DNA of 64,000 bases from Camelus ferus (taxonomy: Eukaryota): positions 43,154,001-43,218,000 of the forward strand of contig NC_045697.1 in the NCBI RefSeq assembly GCF_009834535.1, in the 5' to 3' direction. Below, piece after piece: positions 23,347 through 36,479 of this stretch. Both the position numbers and the translations under genes were made by a program. Numbering within the stretch: position 1 is the stretch's first letter; each line of letters begins with the position of its first letter. The notes below the pieces were generated by a model. It worked only from the letters and a program-made list of their open reading frames with translations, was not told the origin of the DNA and searched no databases.

Positions 23347-24214
23347 TCCTCAGCCATGTCAACTTCCCTTGTAACCCTTCGTGTCCTTCAGCAATTACTC
23401 AAAGCCACACCAGCATAAAAGTGGAAGAGTTGTCATCTTCAGGTGTTGGAGGCATCTTAGGATGCAACTCGAAGCTGAGTCCACCTGAGAAACATAGATC
23501 TTATCTGTTGTCTCTATCAGTGTTGAAGCCATTTGTCATAAGACTTTCTTGAAGGAAATAGAAGTGAGAGTGGCAAACTTACTACTTAATGACAAATGAG
23601 CCAAGTCTAAAGGGTGAATGGTAGGAGATGATTCACACACACACCCTCCTTTATTGTCTTTCCTACTTAGGATATGCAGGGTTAATAAAATAATGCCACT
23701 TACAAACATGGTGTCCAGAAGGTGGCTGACCCTTCACATCTGAGCTTCCTGCTCCTCACCTAAAAGACCATCTCGGAGTGGGGAGTAGGTAGTATCTCTG
23801 GGTCTTAAATCCAAATTCATTTGGGAGAGAATTTTGGGTGAAGACTGGATCTGATAACCTTCTTTGTTTCAATAGTTATGACCAAGGGATCAGGCCCATG
23901 GAGAGGAAACAGAGATATCAAGAGCCTAGTCCTGCACATTGTGGATGAAGGCAGTTCTCAGTCAGTAGCAGTTCCTTGGTGGTTCTTTAAGACACAACCG
24001 AAAGACATTTGCCACAGGTGTACCTTAAGGGAGTTCTGACTTTGCTTCTAATAACCTATATTCCCCTGTAATTCATTTATATTCTCTGTACCTTCCCCCA
24101 CCCATATTTAAAGCAATACTTTGACATAGATGATATTTAAGCTCTACTTTCAACTGTAAAATGCTATGAATATGTCCTATGATTTAACTGCTCTTTTTTC
24201 AGTTATAACTTTAA

Positions 24215-25500
24215 CTTCCAGTTAAACATGTCAAACTGAATCCAAGAGTTTGTCTCCATGTCCTCTGAACTCCTACTACAATAATAATGAAGAACAGAAG
24301 AGGCACAAACTCAAAAGAACTAAAAAACAACAGACTTGGAAAGGACAGCAAGTAAGAGATGCCAACAAAACTCAAGCAGTGGAACAGCTAATGGACAAAT
24401 GATAATTGACCTGGCAGAGCAGAGGAAGACAAAATCTCAATCCATCTATCCACAGAACTCCTGAAAGTCTCAGGATTTAGAGACACTAGTGATTTCTGAA
24501 GGGGGTGCATGGGAAGACTGAAAACATGAGTGCCGGTTGCAAGTTTTTACAAGGAGCTATGAGAAGCTCAGGTCACCCCATCATATCTATGGTAGACACT
24601 CAACACTCACTCCCAGGGGACCAGATAGCCAGGGGTTTAACTCTGGAAAATTGAATTCAAGAGGCCCTGGACCCAGACCCTGAGCAGGCAGGGGTGAGGC
24701 ACAGTGCTGAAACCAAGGAGATCTGCTGGGAAAATACTTCTGACTCAGATCCTTTTTCCTCGACTCCCAGAACATTGGCAACCATGCAGGAGATTGAAGG
24801 GTTAGTATCTGAAGAAATTTAATGACTCAAAAAAAGACCTACACTGACCATTTCGAGTGCCCTAGCAAAAGAGCCAAGTTTCTACCTCCCTAACCACCAT
24901 TTGACAGACTTCATCATGCCCCAGGGTGTCCGATCAGCTTTTTAGTTCTTCTTTAAACAGTATGAACAAATAGACAGGGATCTCGGGACATGTGAGAAAA
25001 GGCTCCAACACAAAAGCCAGAGACGGAAACCGGCAAACAGGAAAAGGGAGTCAGGAGATTTGAAAACAATACAGAAAGTAGAAGAAAACATAAAAGAAAA
25101 GTATTGATATTATTTTCCAAGAGATGAGAGAATATATTATATGAGCCAACAAGAGAGGTAAAAATAAACATTCATAGAATAAGGAATAGCTCCAAGAAAT
25201 AATACTGGGTATGGCCAAAACAACACATTTGGGAAAGGATTGAAAGTTAGAATTAAGACTCAAAAAAGGAGAAAAAAAAAACCAGATAGATAAAAATAGA
25301 AAAGTAGAAGAGAATAGATAAAATTAGGAACCATTCAAGAGAGCAAACATCTAATTAGTAAGCAATTATTAACTTCAGGAAAATAGAAATATATGTAAGA
25401 AAGGAAATGTAATCAGAAAACACTAGATGGCTCTAGAATGAATGATACTTATATAGCCATAATAAAATAATGTTGATATTATATATAACAATATTCACAA
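24215..25500 (+). mobile_element. HAL1-like (half-L1) / ancient L1 5' end and ORF1 remnant
   Basis: Starts 'cttccagttaaacatg'. A-rich decayed ORF1-like sequence 'caagagatgagagaatatatt...aacaagag...ggattgaaagttagaatt...attcaagagagcaaacatctaattagtaag'. Confidence 0.6.
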
Positions 25501-25519
25501 CAAAAATTGTGACTAATGG

Positions 25520-27140
25520 ATTTTTGTTGTATTCCAGTGAAGTTGAATATTAAAGATATATTGTTTACCATTTCTTTTTCTTTTATTACACATTATTATT
25601 TATGCCTTAGCTATTTTTATTAGTGTGTTTACCTTTTATTATCATTTTGCAAATACTCTTTATATAATAAAAATATGCACCTTTGGTTATGGTATGATGC
25701 AAATTTTGTTTTTAGTTTGTTCTTCACATTGGTATTTTACTTATGTTGTCTTTCTAATGTATAGAAGATTTGAATTTTCTTTCCATATCTACATTATCAA
25801 TATATTTTGTTTATTATTTCCCTATTTTCACATTGCTCAGAAGTTTATTCTCTGAAAATAAATATAACATTAACTTTTATTTTCTCCCTTGATTGTTATG
25901 GTTTTTTATTTACATGTGCTTACGTTGTAGCTAGAACTTTTTTTTTTCTGTAGTTAGACTTAGTTCATTAGCCTATCATGATTTATGGAATAATCCAAAC
26001 TTTTTTCCCTTGGCTTAAAATGTCATTATTGTTATGTCCTAAATTCTTACATATGCTTAGACTTTAAATTTTATAGTTTTATTCATACACGTACAAAATA
26101 TTTCCCATTGGATTAATTCTTATATAGCTAGTGTTTTATCATTGTGAATGCAATTTTTAAAATTCATGGTATTCTCTGATTGTTAGTATTAACTTGGAAA
26201 GCTATTGCTATATGTATATTTCTTTTGCAATATACCATCTTGTTGAACATTTTTATTTCTAATAGTACTCAAATTAGGTTGGCCAGACAAATGATTATAT
26301 AATTTCCAAATGGTTACAAATGTGTCTTCTTCTTTCAAATATTTATGCCTTTGGTTTTGTTTTCATGTCTTGGTTAAACTTTCAGAATAACGTTGAATAT
26401 AATGGTGATCATGGACATCTGAATTTCCTGACTTTGGTGGGACTGCCTTTAGAGAAGTGATGTGAACTCAAATGCCTACAAAAGCCTGGCAGGAAACAAA
26501 CAGGTGACACCGGCCAAGGTAAGAAGACAACAGCGCACAGCGGTGGGAAACAGTCAACGTCACCTGTTCTCAGTGCTGAGGAAGCAGTAGAGAGCACTGG
26601 GAGCTGGCAAACCTGAGCGCACATAGCTGGTTTGCAGTGGGAACCTACTATTTAGCTGCAGTTAATTGTTGTCATGTCAGCCTAATTTGCCAGAAGCCAA
26701 ATATCTGGAAGTTTATTTAAAATATGACTTTTAAATGCTGGCAACATGGGCAAGTTAAAAACAAAACAATGAAGCAGCCTGACAAACTTATTTGTAGGTT
26801 GTTTCTGGCCCTTGGGCAGCAAAGCTTGGACCTGTCCCCTGGGCTGCAGTTATGCTAATGAGCATAATATTGGTGGTTGGTTCTGGATCATTTTTTTCCA
26901 TGTTGAGGAAGTATATTCTAATTTATTCTTTACTAAGAAATTGTATCAGGGATGAATGCTTTCCTGATCTCTTTCCTGAATACTGTATCACTATTGAGAT
27001 GATTTACACAACTTTTCCTACTCCCAGAAAATTGTGCTTTTATTGAAATTTTAAAATGTATTAGCTTCAGATTATCTGGATTTTCTTGTTTTGTTCTTGA
27101 TTTCAGTACGCCATCTGGAAAGTTAATTGGATCTTCTCAT
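25520..27140 (-). mobile_element. Ancient L1 (L1ME-like) ORF2 fragments, interrupted by a MER102-like element
   Basis: T-rich antisense L1 motifs: 'gttgaatataatggtgatcatggacatc', 'catgttgaggaagtatattcta', 'ctattgagatgatt'. Confidence 0.65.
26455..26838 (+). mobile_element. hAT-Charlie DNA transposon remnant (MER102-like)
   Basis: 'gaactcaaatgcctaca...cctggcagg', 'agaagccaaatatctgg', 'ttttaaatgctggcaac'. Confidence 0.65.
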
Positions 27141-27143
27141 TGA

Positions 27144-27525
27144 TGTTGTAGTTGTCTGCTAGGGCTGCCAAAATACCCCAGACTGGGGGGCTTGAACAAC
27201 AGAAATGTATTTCCCACAGTTCTGGAGGCTGGCAGTCCAGGAACAAGATGCTGGCAGCGTGGGTTTCTCCTGGGTCTTCTCTCCTTGGCTTGTCTGTGGT
27301 CATCTTCTTGCTGTGTCCTCACGTGACTTTTCTCGGTGCATGTGCATCCCCGGTGTCTCTTCCTCTTCTTATAAAGGACACTAGTCCCATCAAATTAGGG
27401 CCTCACTATTATGCCTCAGTTAATCTAATTGCCTCTTTAAAGTCCCTGTCTCCAAATACAGTCATATCGGGGGTTAGGGCTTTAACATACTGAATTTTGG
27501 GAGGATGCAGTTCATTCTGGAACAA
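27144..27525 (-). mobile_element. MaLR solo LTR (MLT1A0-like)
   Basis: 'ctgctagggctgcc...ggcttgaacaacagaaatgtatttcccacagttctggaggctgg...tgtctccaaatacagtca...gggttagggctttaacatactgaattttggg'. Confidence 0.9.
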
Positions 27526-27803
27526 CGCTATTGGTTATCTATTTTTTCCCTCTTTCAGAATTATCGGTACTTTCTCCCTTTTTTATTCTCCCGAAGAATG
27601 AGCTCTTTGGTCCCAGAGCGCCAAGCGTCCTTTCTATCTGTTGTGTGTTCCTGCGTGGATTCTTAGATACTACTCAGTAAAGTCAAATAAAACCAAGAGC
27701 AAGTGGATGGGACTTTACACAAAGATGGAAGAGTAAGCTCTCTAGGAGTCCAGCATGTGCTTCTTTGGCAAAGGGCGATTCTGAGGAGTGAGTTAGTCCC
27801 TTT

Positions 27804-28052
27804 CATAGCAAGGTTAAGAGCATAGACTTTGGAACCAAGCTGCCTGAATTCACGTGCAGATCTCCCACTTAACTAGCTGTGTGAGTTGGGACAAGGTACT
27901 TAACCTCTCTTTGCCTCTGTTTTCTCACATGTAAAAGGGAGCTTGTAATAATAGCTACCACAGAGAGTTGTTACAAATAAATTAATATTTGTAAAGTGCT
28001 TAGAAGGCTTCTTGGCACATGCTAGTTGCTTTAGAATTGCTTATAAATAATA
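27804..28052 (+). mobile_element. MIR SINE, near full length
   Basis: 'ggttaagagcatagactttgga...ccacttaactagctgtgtgagttgggacaaggtacttaacctctct...gtaaagtgcttagaa...tggcacat'. Confidence 0.9.
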
Positions 28053-28851
28053 AAACACTCAGTATGGTGCTGGGATCGTAGCAGCAGATACACCAGAATG
28101 CAAAGGACCTGTTGTCAACAGTGCTGCCACAATGATGGGCTTCTCCATTATTTTCGCCTGTAAGTCGCTAGCAGAGAGGTCTAGCCCTTTAAACTAAAGG
28201 AACCTCTTTTGTTCACAGATAATTTGGGGAAGAGGGCATGACTACAAATGATATTGGACTTTAGCCAGTTTAGCTCTGTAGCTTTAAACCATTTCTAAAT
28301 TATCCTCCAACCTGGTAGATGAGTTCATACCAGTTACATGCATCAATTCTTTGTCGTATGTTAGAAAATATTCTTCCTTGTCCATCAAGTTGTTTGCCTT
28401 TTGTTGGATTTTGACATATTTAAATGCATTTAAAATATTTATTGATCTGAATCTTTTGAAGTTTTCTTTTGTGATTTCTTTGACCACTGTTTGACAATTC
28501 TAACTATTTTAAGATTAGAGAAACTGTTCCCTTTATTTGCTGGTCAGGACATTCCGATGCAGGTCATAGTACTGGCAGAGAGGCAAATGCAGCAGGGACA
28601 GGACCAAGTCTCAGCTGGAAGTCTCATTTCCTGAAAGCAGAGTATCAGGCAATTCTTGACTTACCTTGCTAACAGTTTCATCCCTCAGTTAGTAAAAGAC
28701 GTGATGAAGGGTCTACTATTCTCTACTTAATTGCTCCCAGTAAAGGGCATTTAGTGAAGTTTAAATGATGAGAATCGGGGCAAAAGTGATCATGACGTCT
28801 TGGAATCTATGATAGGGTGGGGAAAGTTTGACATGGTAGTTGCATGTTATA

Positions 28852-29030
28852 GACTGGAGGTGGCAAATATATGCCATACTAGCACCCTCTTCCTATTCCT
28901 AGGCTGATGGCTGCCATCAGTAATTAATCAAAAACTTTTTTTTTTCTGCTGAGCTTGGAAATAGTTTTGAATCCTCTCTCAACCAACTCTTCAAGAGCTA
29001 CTATCAACAGATCAAGTGGACAAAGTGCAC
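28852..29030. mobile_element. hAT-Charlie remnant (MER112-like)
   Basis: 'gtggcaaatatatgcca...ctgctgagcttgga...gaatcctctctcaac...gctactatcaacagatc'. Confidence 0.5.
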
Positions 29031-29169
29031 TTTATGAGGGGGCATGTTTACAAAGTTTCAAAAAATATGTAGGTTGGGAGCCTATAACTGGTGTGAGAGA
29101 ATGTATGTGACAATTTATTCATATACCCACATAGCACTCGTCACATCTAATTATAGTGGGTTCTTTACA

Positions 29170-29296
29170 CAGCAGTCTCTTCTACTGGGTAATGAGACCC
29201 TGGATGATGAGGGTTGAGACTTCTTCTTTGTATCTGGGACGTCTTACCTAGGGCCCTGTGGTACATCAAACTCATTCAAAGGCGCTGAATTGAATA
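29170..29296 (+). mobile_element. L2 3' end
   Basis: 'tctactgggtaatgagaccctgga...tctttgtatct...ctcattcaaaggcgctgaattgaat'. Confidence 0.55.
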
Positions 29297-30675
29297 ATGC
29301 TGCTAATACATATGGAAACATTTTATATATTTACTTAGAAATTTGCATATTTGAAAACTGTCTTTATACACGTTGTTTCATTTGCTTATGTATTCTACTA
29401 ATTTCAGGAGAAAAAAGGCTCCCTCAAAATACCTAAGTGACTGGTCTTTGAAGATAATTTTCAACTTAAGACTAAAGCAGGGCAGGATCTTTTTGTGGTA
29501 ACAATCAAGGTTTTTTTCTCAGAGAACATGATTTATGAAATAAGGATAAGACATACAGGTTGAATATGGAGGAATAGCTCACAGTGTGAGTGACAAACAT
29601 TGGTGTTTAGAACTATGTCAAGCTTCCTGGCCTCACTTTCTCTGATGTGGATCAACATGATAAAGGCTGGAATGTAGTGTTTGCCAAGATGTCAATGATG
29701 TTCACTAAATTGAAAGGCAGATCCTTAATGTTACCTCACTACTAGATATAAGGATTTTTTTTTTTTCCTGAAAGGACACAGTCATAACCTAGGCCAATGC
29801 ATGGAAACCCCCAGGAGCCTTGCTGGGCAGCTGCACAGCAGGACCACATGGCCACTTGCATGGCAAGTTCAGGTCATTCATTCTCACGACAACGTCAAGA
29901 CGGAAGGGATGGAATGAAAACACTAGTGAGCGACGTGGCGCTGTCTGACCTTTTTCACTGGGGAAACGTGAATATAAGAGAAAGTAGTTTAAACAGAAGT
30001 AAAATGGGGGTTCCTTTAGTTTGTGACAGTCCCTGAAGTCCTTAGTCATTCTTCTGTACCACCCAACTCCTAAAGTTACGCTGCCCTAGAGCAAAGTTAG
30101 CTGGGCTGGCTAAGCACAGGCAAAACAAACAAACAACCCCAAACAGGAAAACAGTGAGGAATCATAGCCTTGTCATCGCAGAATAACAAGTCAGAAGAAG
30201 TAGAAGTCAGAGATTCCATTGATGATATTGATGATAACGTTACGTAAAAGGTGATATTTCAGGAAGATTAACTTAGAGGCTCTTTTCATCATTGTGCGAG
30301 GAGAAGGAGGGAGGAACTCTAACCAAAGACTAACAGTTAAAAAATCTACTCCAAAAGTCTTGGTGTGACTTTATAACATTCAGAGCTACAAGAGTGGCAG
30401 TATGAGTGAGAGGGACGGTGACGGGGATACCACAAAGGGAGTGGTGATAGGGCTTGGGGACTGTTTGTACACAGGTGTGGGAGAGATGGAGAAATAAAAT
30501 GCCTCCTCCACAATCACATCGTGATTGTCATGATCAGATGGTCATTTTAGTGCTAGACAAATTCTCCAAAGACTTTGGTTTTAAAAAGGAAGTGAGAAAA
30601 TATTCTGTGTATTTTTTCCTGACTTGGTGGCTATTCCATTTTCTCCACATTTTTTCATCATTAAAAATGTATCAT

Positions 30676-30874
30676 TAAATATATAAAATAGGTAAACAAC
30701 AAGTTTCTGCTATATAGCACAGGGAACTATATTCAATATCTTATAGCAACCTATAATGAAAAAGAATATGAAAATAAATACGTATATATATGTGTGATGG
30801 AAACACTAGTTATACACCAGCTGTACACAACATTGTAAACTGACTATACTTCAATAATAATAATAATAATAATA
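30676..30874 (+). mobile_element. Young 5'-truncated L1 3' end with (AAT)7 tail and TSD
   Basis: 'tatagcacagggaactatattcaatatcttatagcaacctataatgaaaaagaatatg...ctgactatacttc'. TSD aaaaatgtatcat (30663-30675) / aagaatatatcat (30875-30887), at a TT/AAAA site. Confidence 0.9.
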
Positions 30875-30894
30875 AAGAATATATCATGAAAAGA

Positions 30895-31070
30895 GTCAGC
30901 ACAATGTAGTGGACACACAGTGAATTGAGCTGGGGGTGCCAAGTACAAGTTTCAGTTCTGGCCCTGAATAACCCTGTAATTTACCCTTTCACAGCTCCAG
31001 TGTCCATAGCTGTAAAATGAGATTGGGCAGACAATCTGTAAGGTCCACTTTATTTCTAAATTTCTGTATG
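30895..31070 (+). mobile_element. MIR (MIRc/MIR3-like)
   Basis: 'tttcagttctggccctg...ctgtaaaatgaga...tctgtaaggtccacttt...ctaaatttct'. Confidence 0.6.
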
Positions 31071-33057
31071 GACTTCTCTACAGATAGTAATATTTCCTTC
31101 TCACGTGAAAAAGGAGAGTATAGCATGTCTGAAGGGTGTTGCCTCCTAAAGGTGTACAATTTTCCATTGACCTTTATCACTTTCTTGGCATCTACCATTA
31201 TCAGAAAACTCTTTAGGTTTAAAGACTTCCATAAATTCCAGTTTGCAAACTCAGGGAAACAGAGAGATCACAAGAATAATTTAATGCTGTTACAGGCAGT
31301 TGAGCAGGCCAGAAAAACAGAAAATGAAACTAAGTCAACAAGCAAAATGATGGATGCCACACAAGCAAAGGGGTGTTTTAGAAGGGAGGGAAGTGCCACT
31401 GCGCCAAACCATATGGCACGTTAGACCTGGGAGGACATCAGATGGGTGGAATTCAGCTCATTCCTTCTTTAACCCCCTGGCAAAATCCTCATTTGTCAAA
31501 CTGAACCAAGATTAAAGTAACAACAAGGTGAGTAATGAGAGAAGGAAAAATAATACTTGCCCTGATGATTTAACCTGAAACTACAGTAAGTATTAAAAAA
31601 CACCTTCAAGTGTTTTCATTTATGCCAACCTTGGGGCAGACAGATTTCTGGGACTGCAGTATGGTTCCTCTTTGTCTAGCCCCTGTTCAGTTCTCTCTTA
31701 GGATCATCAATATCTAAAATTCTCTTAATCTTGGGAAAATATCACTTATTCCTCAGTTAGGACTCAGTTTCAAAATGCAGGTATTTCTGAAGGTGGTGAC
31801 CTATTGACTTCAATTCGTACTAAAGTGTGAGTGAATGATAGCAGATTTTGCCTGAAAGTACGTTTTGATGGGGAGCACAGAGCTAGAAAGTGCTGTTTCT
31901 GGAATCAAGAAGGATGCTAAACGGAGATGAGAAAAAAATCATTAAAGAGGGGAGACCAGAGACTTTGAGCAAGGAAATTGCCTGCTTTGCACTTGGCAAA
32001 AGCTAACTTATTTGATCTTCAGATTATTTGGAAGTCATATTTATTTTGATGGGTTCTGTTAGCAAATAAAGATCTTTTCCTATGCATTTAATCTTTCTGC
32101 CCAAAGCATCAGCCTTGTTGCTTCTCTGTTAGTAGAAATGGAATGGGTAAGATGACTGTAGAAGAAAACATGGAGGAAGAAACCAAGGGTGCATCTCCAA
32201 CTTAGTAAACCTATATTGTCTTATTTTCTTCCCTACCTCCTGTGTCTCTGGGCCTGCCTGGGAGGAGCCTCTCCAGGAACAAATGCTCCTGTGTAGGAAG
32301 AAATGCCCAAGGGTCAAGATTATGGAGAAATGGACCGGAAAATGCATTAACTTTCTGGAGGAATAAATATGTTGCCTTTGTGAAGTATCGGAAACAACTG
32401 GATCATTGGACTTCAAGATTTACTTTGAAAGCAGCCAGTTACGTCTCCTGAACACCACACATTGCTCCTTATTATTATTGCTAATCGAAAATCCATTTAG
32501 TGAAGGGGAAAAAAAATGAATTCAGCTTGTGTGGTTTGACGAGTAGCCCAGATGCTGCTTTCTAATGACGTCTTAATGTAAAACTATCAGTAGGAGAGAG
32601 AAAGGAACATTTTTGTGTCATGCATTTAAAGAAATAATGACTCAAGTGTGCAGCACTTAAATGAATGGCGTCTTCATTTCTGAATTCAGCAGACCTTACT
32701 GGTATTTTTAGATGCCTTTAAACAGTCATGAGAATTAGCTCAACATGTGAAAGAAATTAGGTCAAAGTTTTAAGGAAAACAGGATGAGGGAAAAATTGTT
32801 TACATGGAAAGCATGAGCAATGGCACAAGCGCTGTCTTCTCCTGACTGCCAGTGTCCTCAGCAGAGCCATCGCAGGGCTGATGCGGAGGTGGAGAGCAGA
32901 GAAAACCGGTCGACAAGACACAGGATGTTGCCTCAGCCCCTCTGCAAATGCCCATCTGCAAAATGCAGTTTTGTGGCTTAACCAGAAGATCAGGTTTGGG
33001 ATTACCAATTTCAGTTTCCAAGAATTCACCAATTTGGGCAGTGGAAATCGACTTGAA

Positions 33058-35350
33058 TTTTTTTTAAACTTTTATTTTCAAATGATTTTAGCTTTATGAT
33101 TTTAGAAGAATTGCAAAGATGGTATAGAGTTCCCCTATCCTTTTCGCTCATTTTCTTCTGATGTTTACATTTTACATAGCCATGATGCATTTATCAAAAC
33201 TAAGAAAGTAACACAAGTATAATACTATTAATTCAACAACTTGCTCTTCTTCTCCAGAGTCATTTTGCCACTTTTAGTTCCTTTGCCTTTCCAGGTAGAT
33301 CCTAGAATCAGCTTGTCAATATCTACGAAAGAGCTTGCTGAGATTTTGATTAGAAATGCATTGAATCTGTAGGTCTACAGCCTAAACAATATTGAGTCTT
33401 AAAATCCATGGACACATTTTATTTCTCTAGTTATTTCTTCTTTTATTTCTTTCATTATGTTTTGTATGTTTCAACGTATGGAAACTACAAACTGCACACA
33501 TTCATTTCCTTTATACCTAGCTACTTTATTGTTTTGATTCTATTGTAAATAGTATTGCTTTTTCAATTTCAAATTTCAATTTGTCATTGCTAGTATACAA
33601 GAATGCAGTTGACTTTTTAATAATGACCTTGTAGCCAATGTTCTTGCTAAACTCACTTAGTATTTCTAGAAGCGTTTTTATAGATTCTTTGGGATTTTCA
33701 CAGTAGACAATTATGTCTGCAAATAGAAGCAGTTCATTTCTTCCTATCCTTTCCAATCCTGTTTTTCCTTATTGCACCGGGTAAGGCTTCCAGCACAATG
33801 CTGAGCAGGGTGGTGAGAGAGGACATCTTGCCTTGTTCCCCATCTTAGAGAGAAAATATTCAGCCTCTCATCACTGAGTATGATGTTAGCTGTAAGGTTT
33901 TTTTTAGATGTCTCTTATTAGGTTAAGGAAGTTCCTTTTTTATTCCTACTTTACTAAGAAGGATTTTTTTTTTTCGGTCAAGAATGAATTTTGAATTTTG
34001 TCAAATTCTTTTTATGCATGGATTGTCATGATCATAAGGGTTGTCTTAATTAGTCTACTAATATAGTGGATTGTATTGTTTGATTTTTAAATGTTGAACC
34101 AGCCTTGCATTCTTGGGATAAACCCTACTTAGTTATGATGTATTATCTTTTTAATATATCCCTTGATTCAATTTTCTAATATTTTGTTGAGGATTTTTTA
34201 TCTATGTTCATGAGGAATATTGGTTTGGACTTCTCTTATTTATAATTTAAATATTTTTGCATTTTTGTCTGAATATATGTCTTGGTGTGTTTAGGTATTT
34301 ATCTTGCTTGTTCTCTGTGCTGCTTGGATCTGTTTTGTGTGAGTCTCTCATCAATTTTGGAAAATTCTCATACATTATTTTTTCAGATGTTACTTCCACC
34401 TCATCCTCTCTTTCGCTTCTCCTCCTGGAAGACCAATGATGTGTATGTTAGACTATTTGATATTGTCCCACATCTCTTGAATACTGTGCTTGGTTTTTCA
34501 GTTTTCATTTCACTTTGGGTAATCTTACTGACCTAGCTTCAAGTTTACAGGTTATTTTCTAAGCCATGTTGAGTCTCCCAACAAGCCTGTTGAAGGCACT
34601 CTTCATCCCTGTTCCTGTGCCTTTGATTTCTAATATTTCCATTTGATCCTTTCTTATAGTTTCATCTCTCTGATGAGACTTGCCTCTCTTTCAGTACCTG
34701 TTGTCTAACTTTTCCATCAGAGCCTTTAACGTCGTAATCGGTTATTTGATTGTTTCCTTCATTCTGATTGTTTGGGTTTGATTTGTCTAAATCTGTAAAA
34801 TGGAGAGAACCTGCCTCTTGCAGCTCTTTCAGGAATATTTCACTGCTATTTTTGCTCAGCATTTGTTAGCGTCATGGTAGGAAGTATGGGACAGGAAGTG
34901 CTTGTTCTCTGATGTCATGATTAAACTTGGGTCCAAGGCAGATACTCAGAATCTGGGGTCTTTCTAAGTGCTCCTCCTCTAGTGCTAGGCTTAGCATGTA
35001 CCTGCTTTTCCCAAAGAGTGGGAACATTGTTATTTCTCCTGTTCGCTTACTCCAGATGCAGTGGGTTTCAACCACTTTACTGTAGTGACAGTTTTGTTGC
35101 TCTCTCCTCTAAAGGTTAAGACTTTTTTCACCAGAGAGAGCTTATATGAATCCAGTGGTATCTGCCACAGGTGAGCAAATATTCAGGCCCTGTTCCTACC
35201 CACAGGTACCTGTTTCTCTCTAGATTGCAGCTTTAGTTGTTGAATCCTCAGTTCTCAGATGGCTTCAAGAAAGCTGTTAATTTGCCACTTGTCTGGCTTT
35301 TTTCTTATTTTAAGGGCTGGAGTAATGCTTATTCCAGCTTTCTACATTTA
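33058..35350 (-). mobile_element. Fragmented L1MC-like element (3'UTR, ORF2 RT region, ORF1/5' region)
   Basis: 3' end 'tttagaagaattgcaaagatggtatagagttccc...aaaactaagaaa'. The ORF track peptide 'LLLFADIIVYCENPKESIKTLLEILSEFSK..GYKV..KKS.AFLYTSN' (33526-33756) matches the L1 ORF2 reverse transcriptase around the LFADD motif, now degenerate. Confidence 0.85.
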
Positions 35351-35504
35351 TGAGGTTTTGAGGGCTTCAGAGAAAGACTGTAATAATGTCTTTTTAACTA
35401 ACATCCTCCTATCAGATGATCTAAATATGTTGAATAGTGAAACTCTCATTTATAAATAATAATTCCAACACTCCTCACTGAAATTATTCCTCTGTAGAGT
35501 ACTT

Positions 35505-35645
35505 GACTATAATCATTACTTATCTTCCTGTGATAACTAGGCAGAGACTGTTTATTTCTCATCTTTAGTCTAGCACCTAGCACAGGACCTCAAATGTTGT
35601 AGATTTGCAATCTATATCGATTGTATGGGTTAATTAATGAATGAA
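35505..35645 (+). mobile_element. L2 3' end
   Basis: 'ggcagagactgtttatttctcatctttagtctagcacctagcacagg...aatgaatgaa'. Confidence 0.65.
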
Positions 35646-36479
35646 AAACTGAATATCCCCCCACCTCGAACAGCTCCAGTACTAAATTAATGACAAATGG
35701 TGAAATGGACTCTGTGAGAGGATTGTCACATTTCAGAAGACTGTGCTAAGTTAATGAATATAATGGGGGAAATGCCCATTCTGTATCATGTACAGAGTGG
35801 ATCTAGGAGTCCCAACCCATCCTGAACACATTATAGACAGAGGAGGAAACCATTTTTCCCATCAAAAAAAATTCTATCATGCTAATACCTTAATGATTTT
35901 AAAATGTTAAAAAGCCTTTAATTTCCTTATTGACTTAAAGGGAACGAGACTTAGCAATACCATATTCTTTTCCTGTAGCAGATATTTATGGAGTGAAGAG
36001 GCGATCTGGACAGAAAGAAGGAAAGACAGAGTGATGAACCATGACAGGTGTCAAAACCAGCTTTGTCGGCTTTACATTTCTGAGTGAGACTCGTCCCTGC
36101 CCCTGAAGATGGGTTACTGATCTGAGCTGCCACATGCCAGTGGCTTCTGCCTTGCGGGAGAAGAACAGTATTGGACCCTAGGATGGCTTTAATGACTGAG
36201 CCTTGTGGTGGTAGGCCTGGAGCAGCTCCCGAATGAACACTCACCTTTGGGTTTTACTCAGATGTCACTATATCCTGTCCTAAGGCAGAGACAGTGTGAT
36301 TTCCTTCAGTTGAATACAAGTTCTAGAATTGTCCATGAGTGTTGGGGATGAGAGTGGCAGGACAAGTACCATCCATGCTAAACAGAAAGCTGGCCTGTTG
36401 CTACCAGCCTGCCCACACGAATTGGCAGCTTCTACTTACCTTCTTTGCAGAACTTACATTTTTGGAGCATCAGTTATGC

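Noticed and set aside
31017..31424. 135-aa plus-strand ORF
   Set aside because: It begins inside a MIR; no recognisable homology or splice support.
33526..33756. RT-like peptide as a functional reverse transcriptase
   Set aside because: Decayed L1 ORF2 fragment; the catalytic FADD motif is broken (FADII) and the surrounding frame is disrupted.
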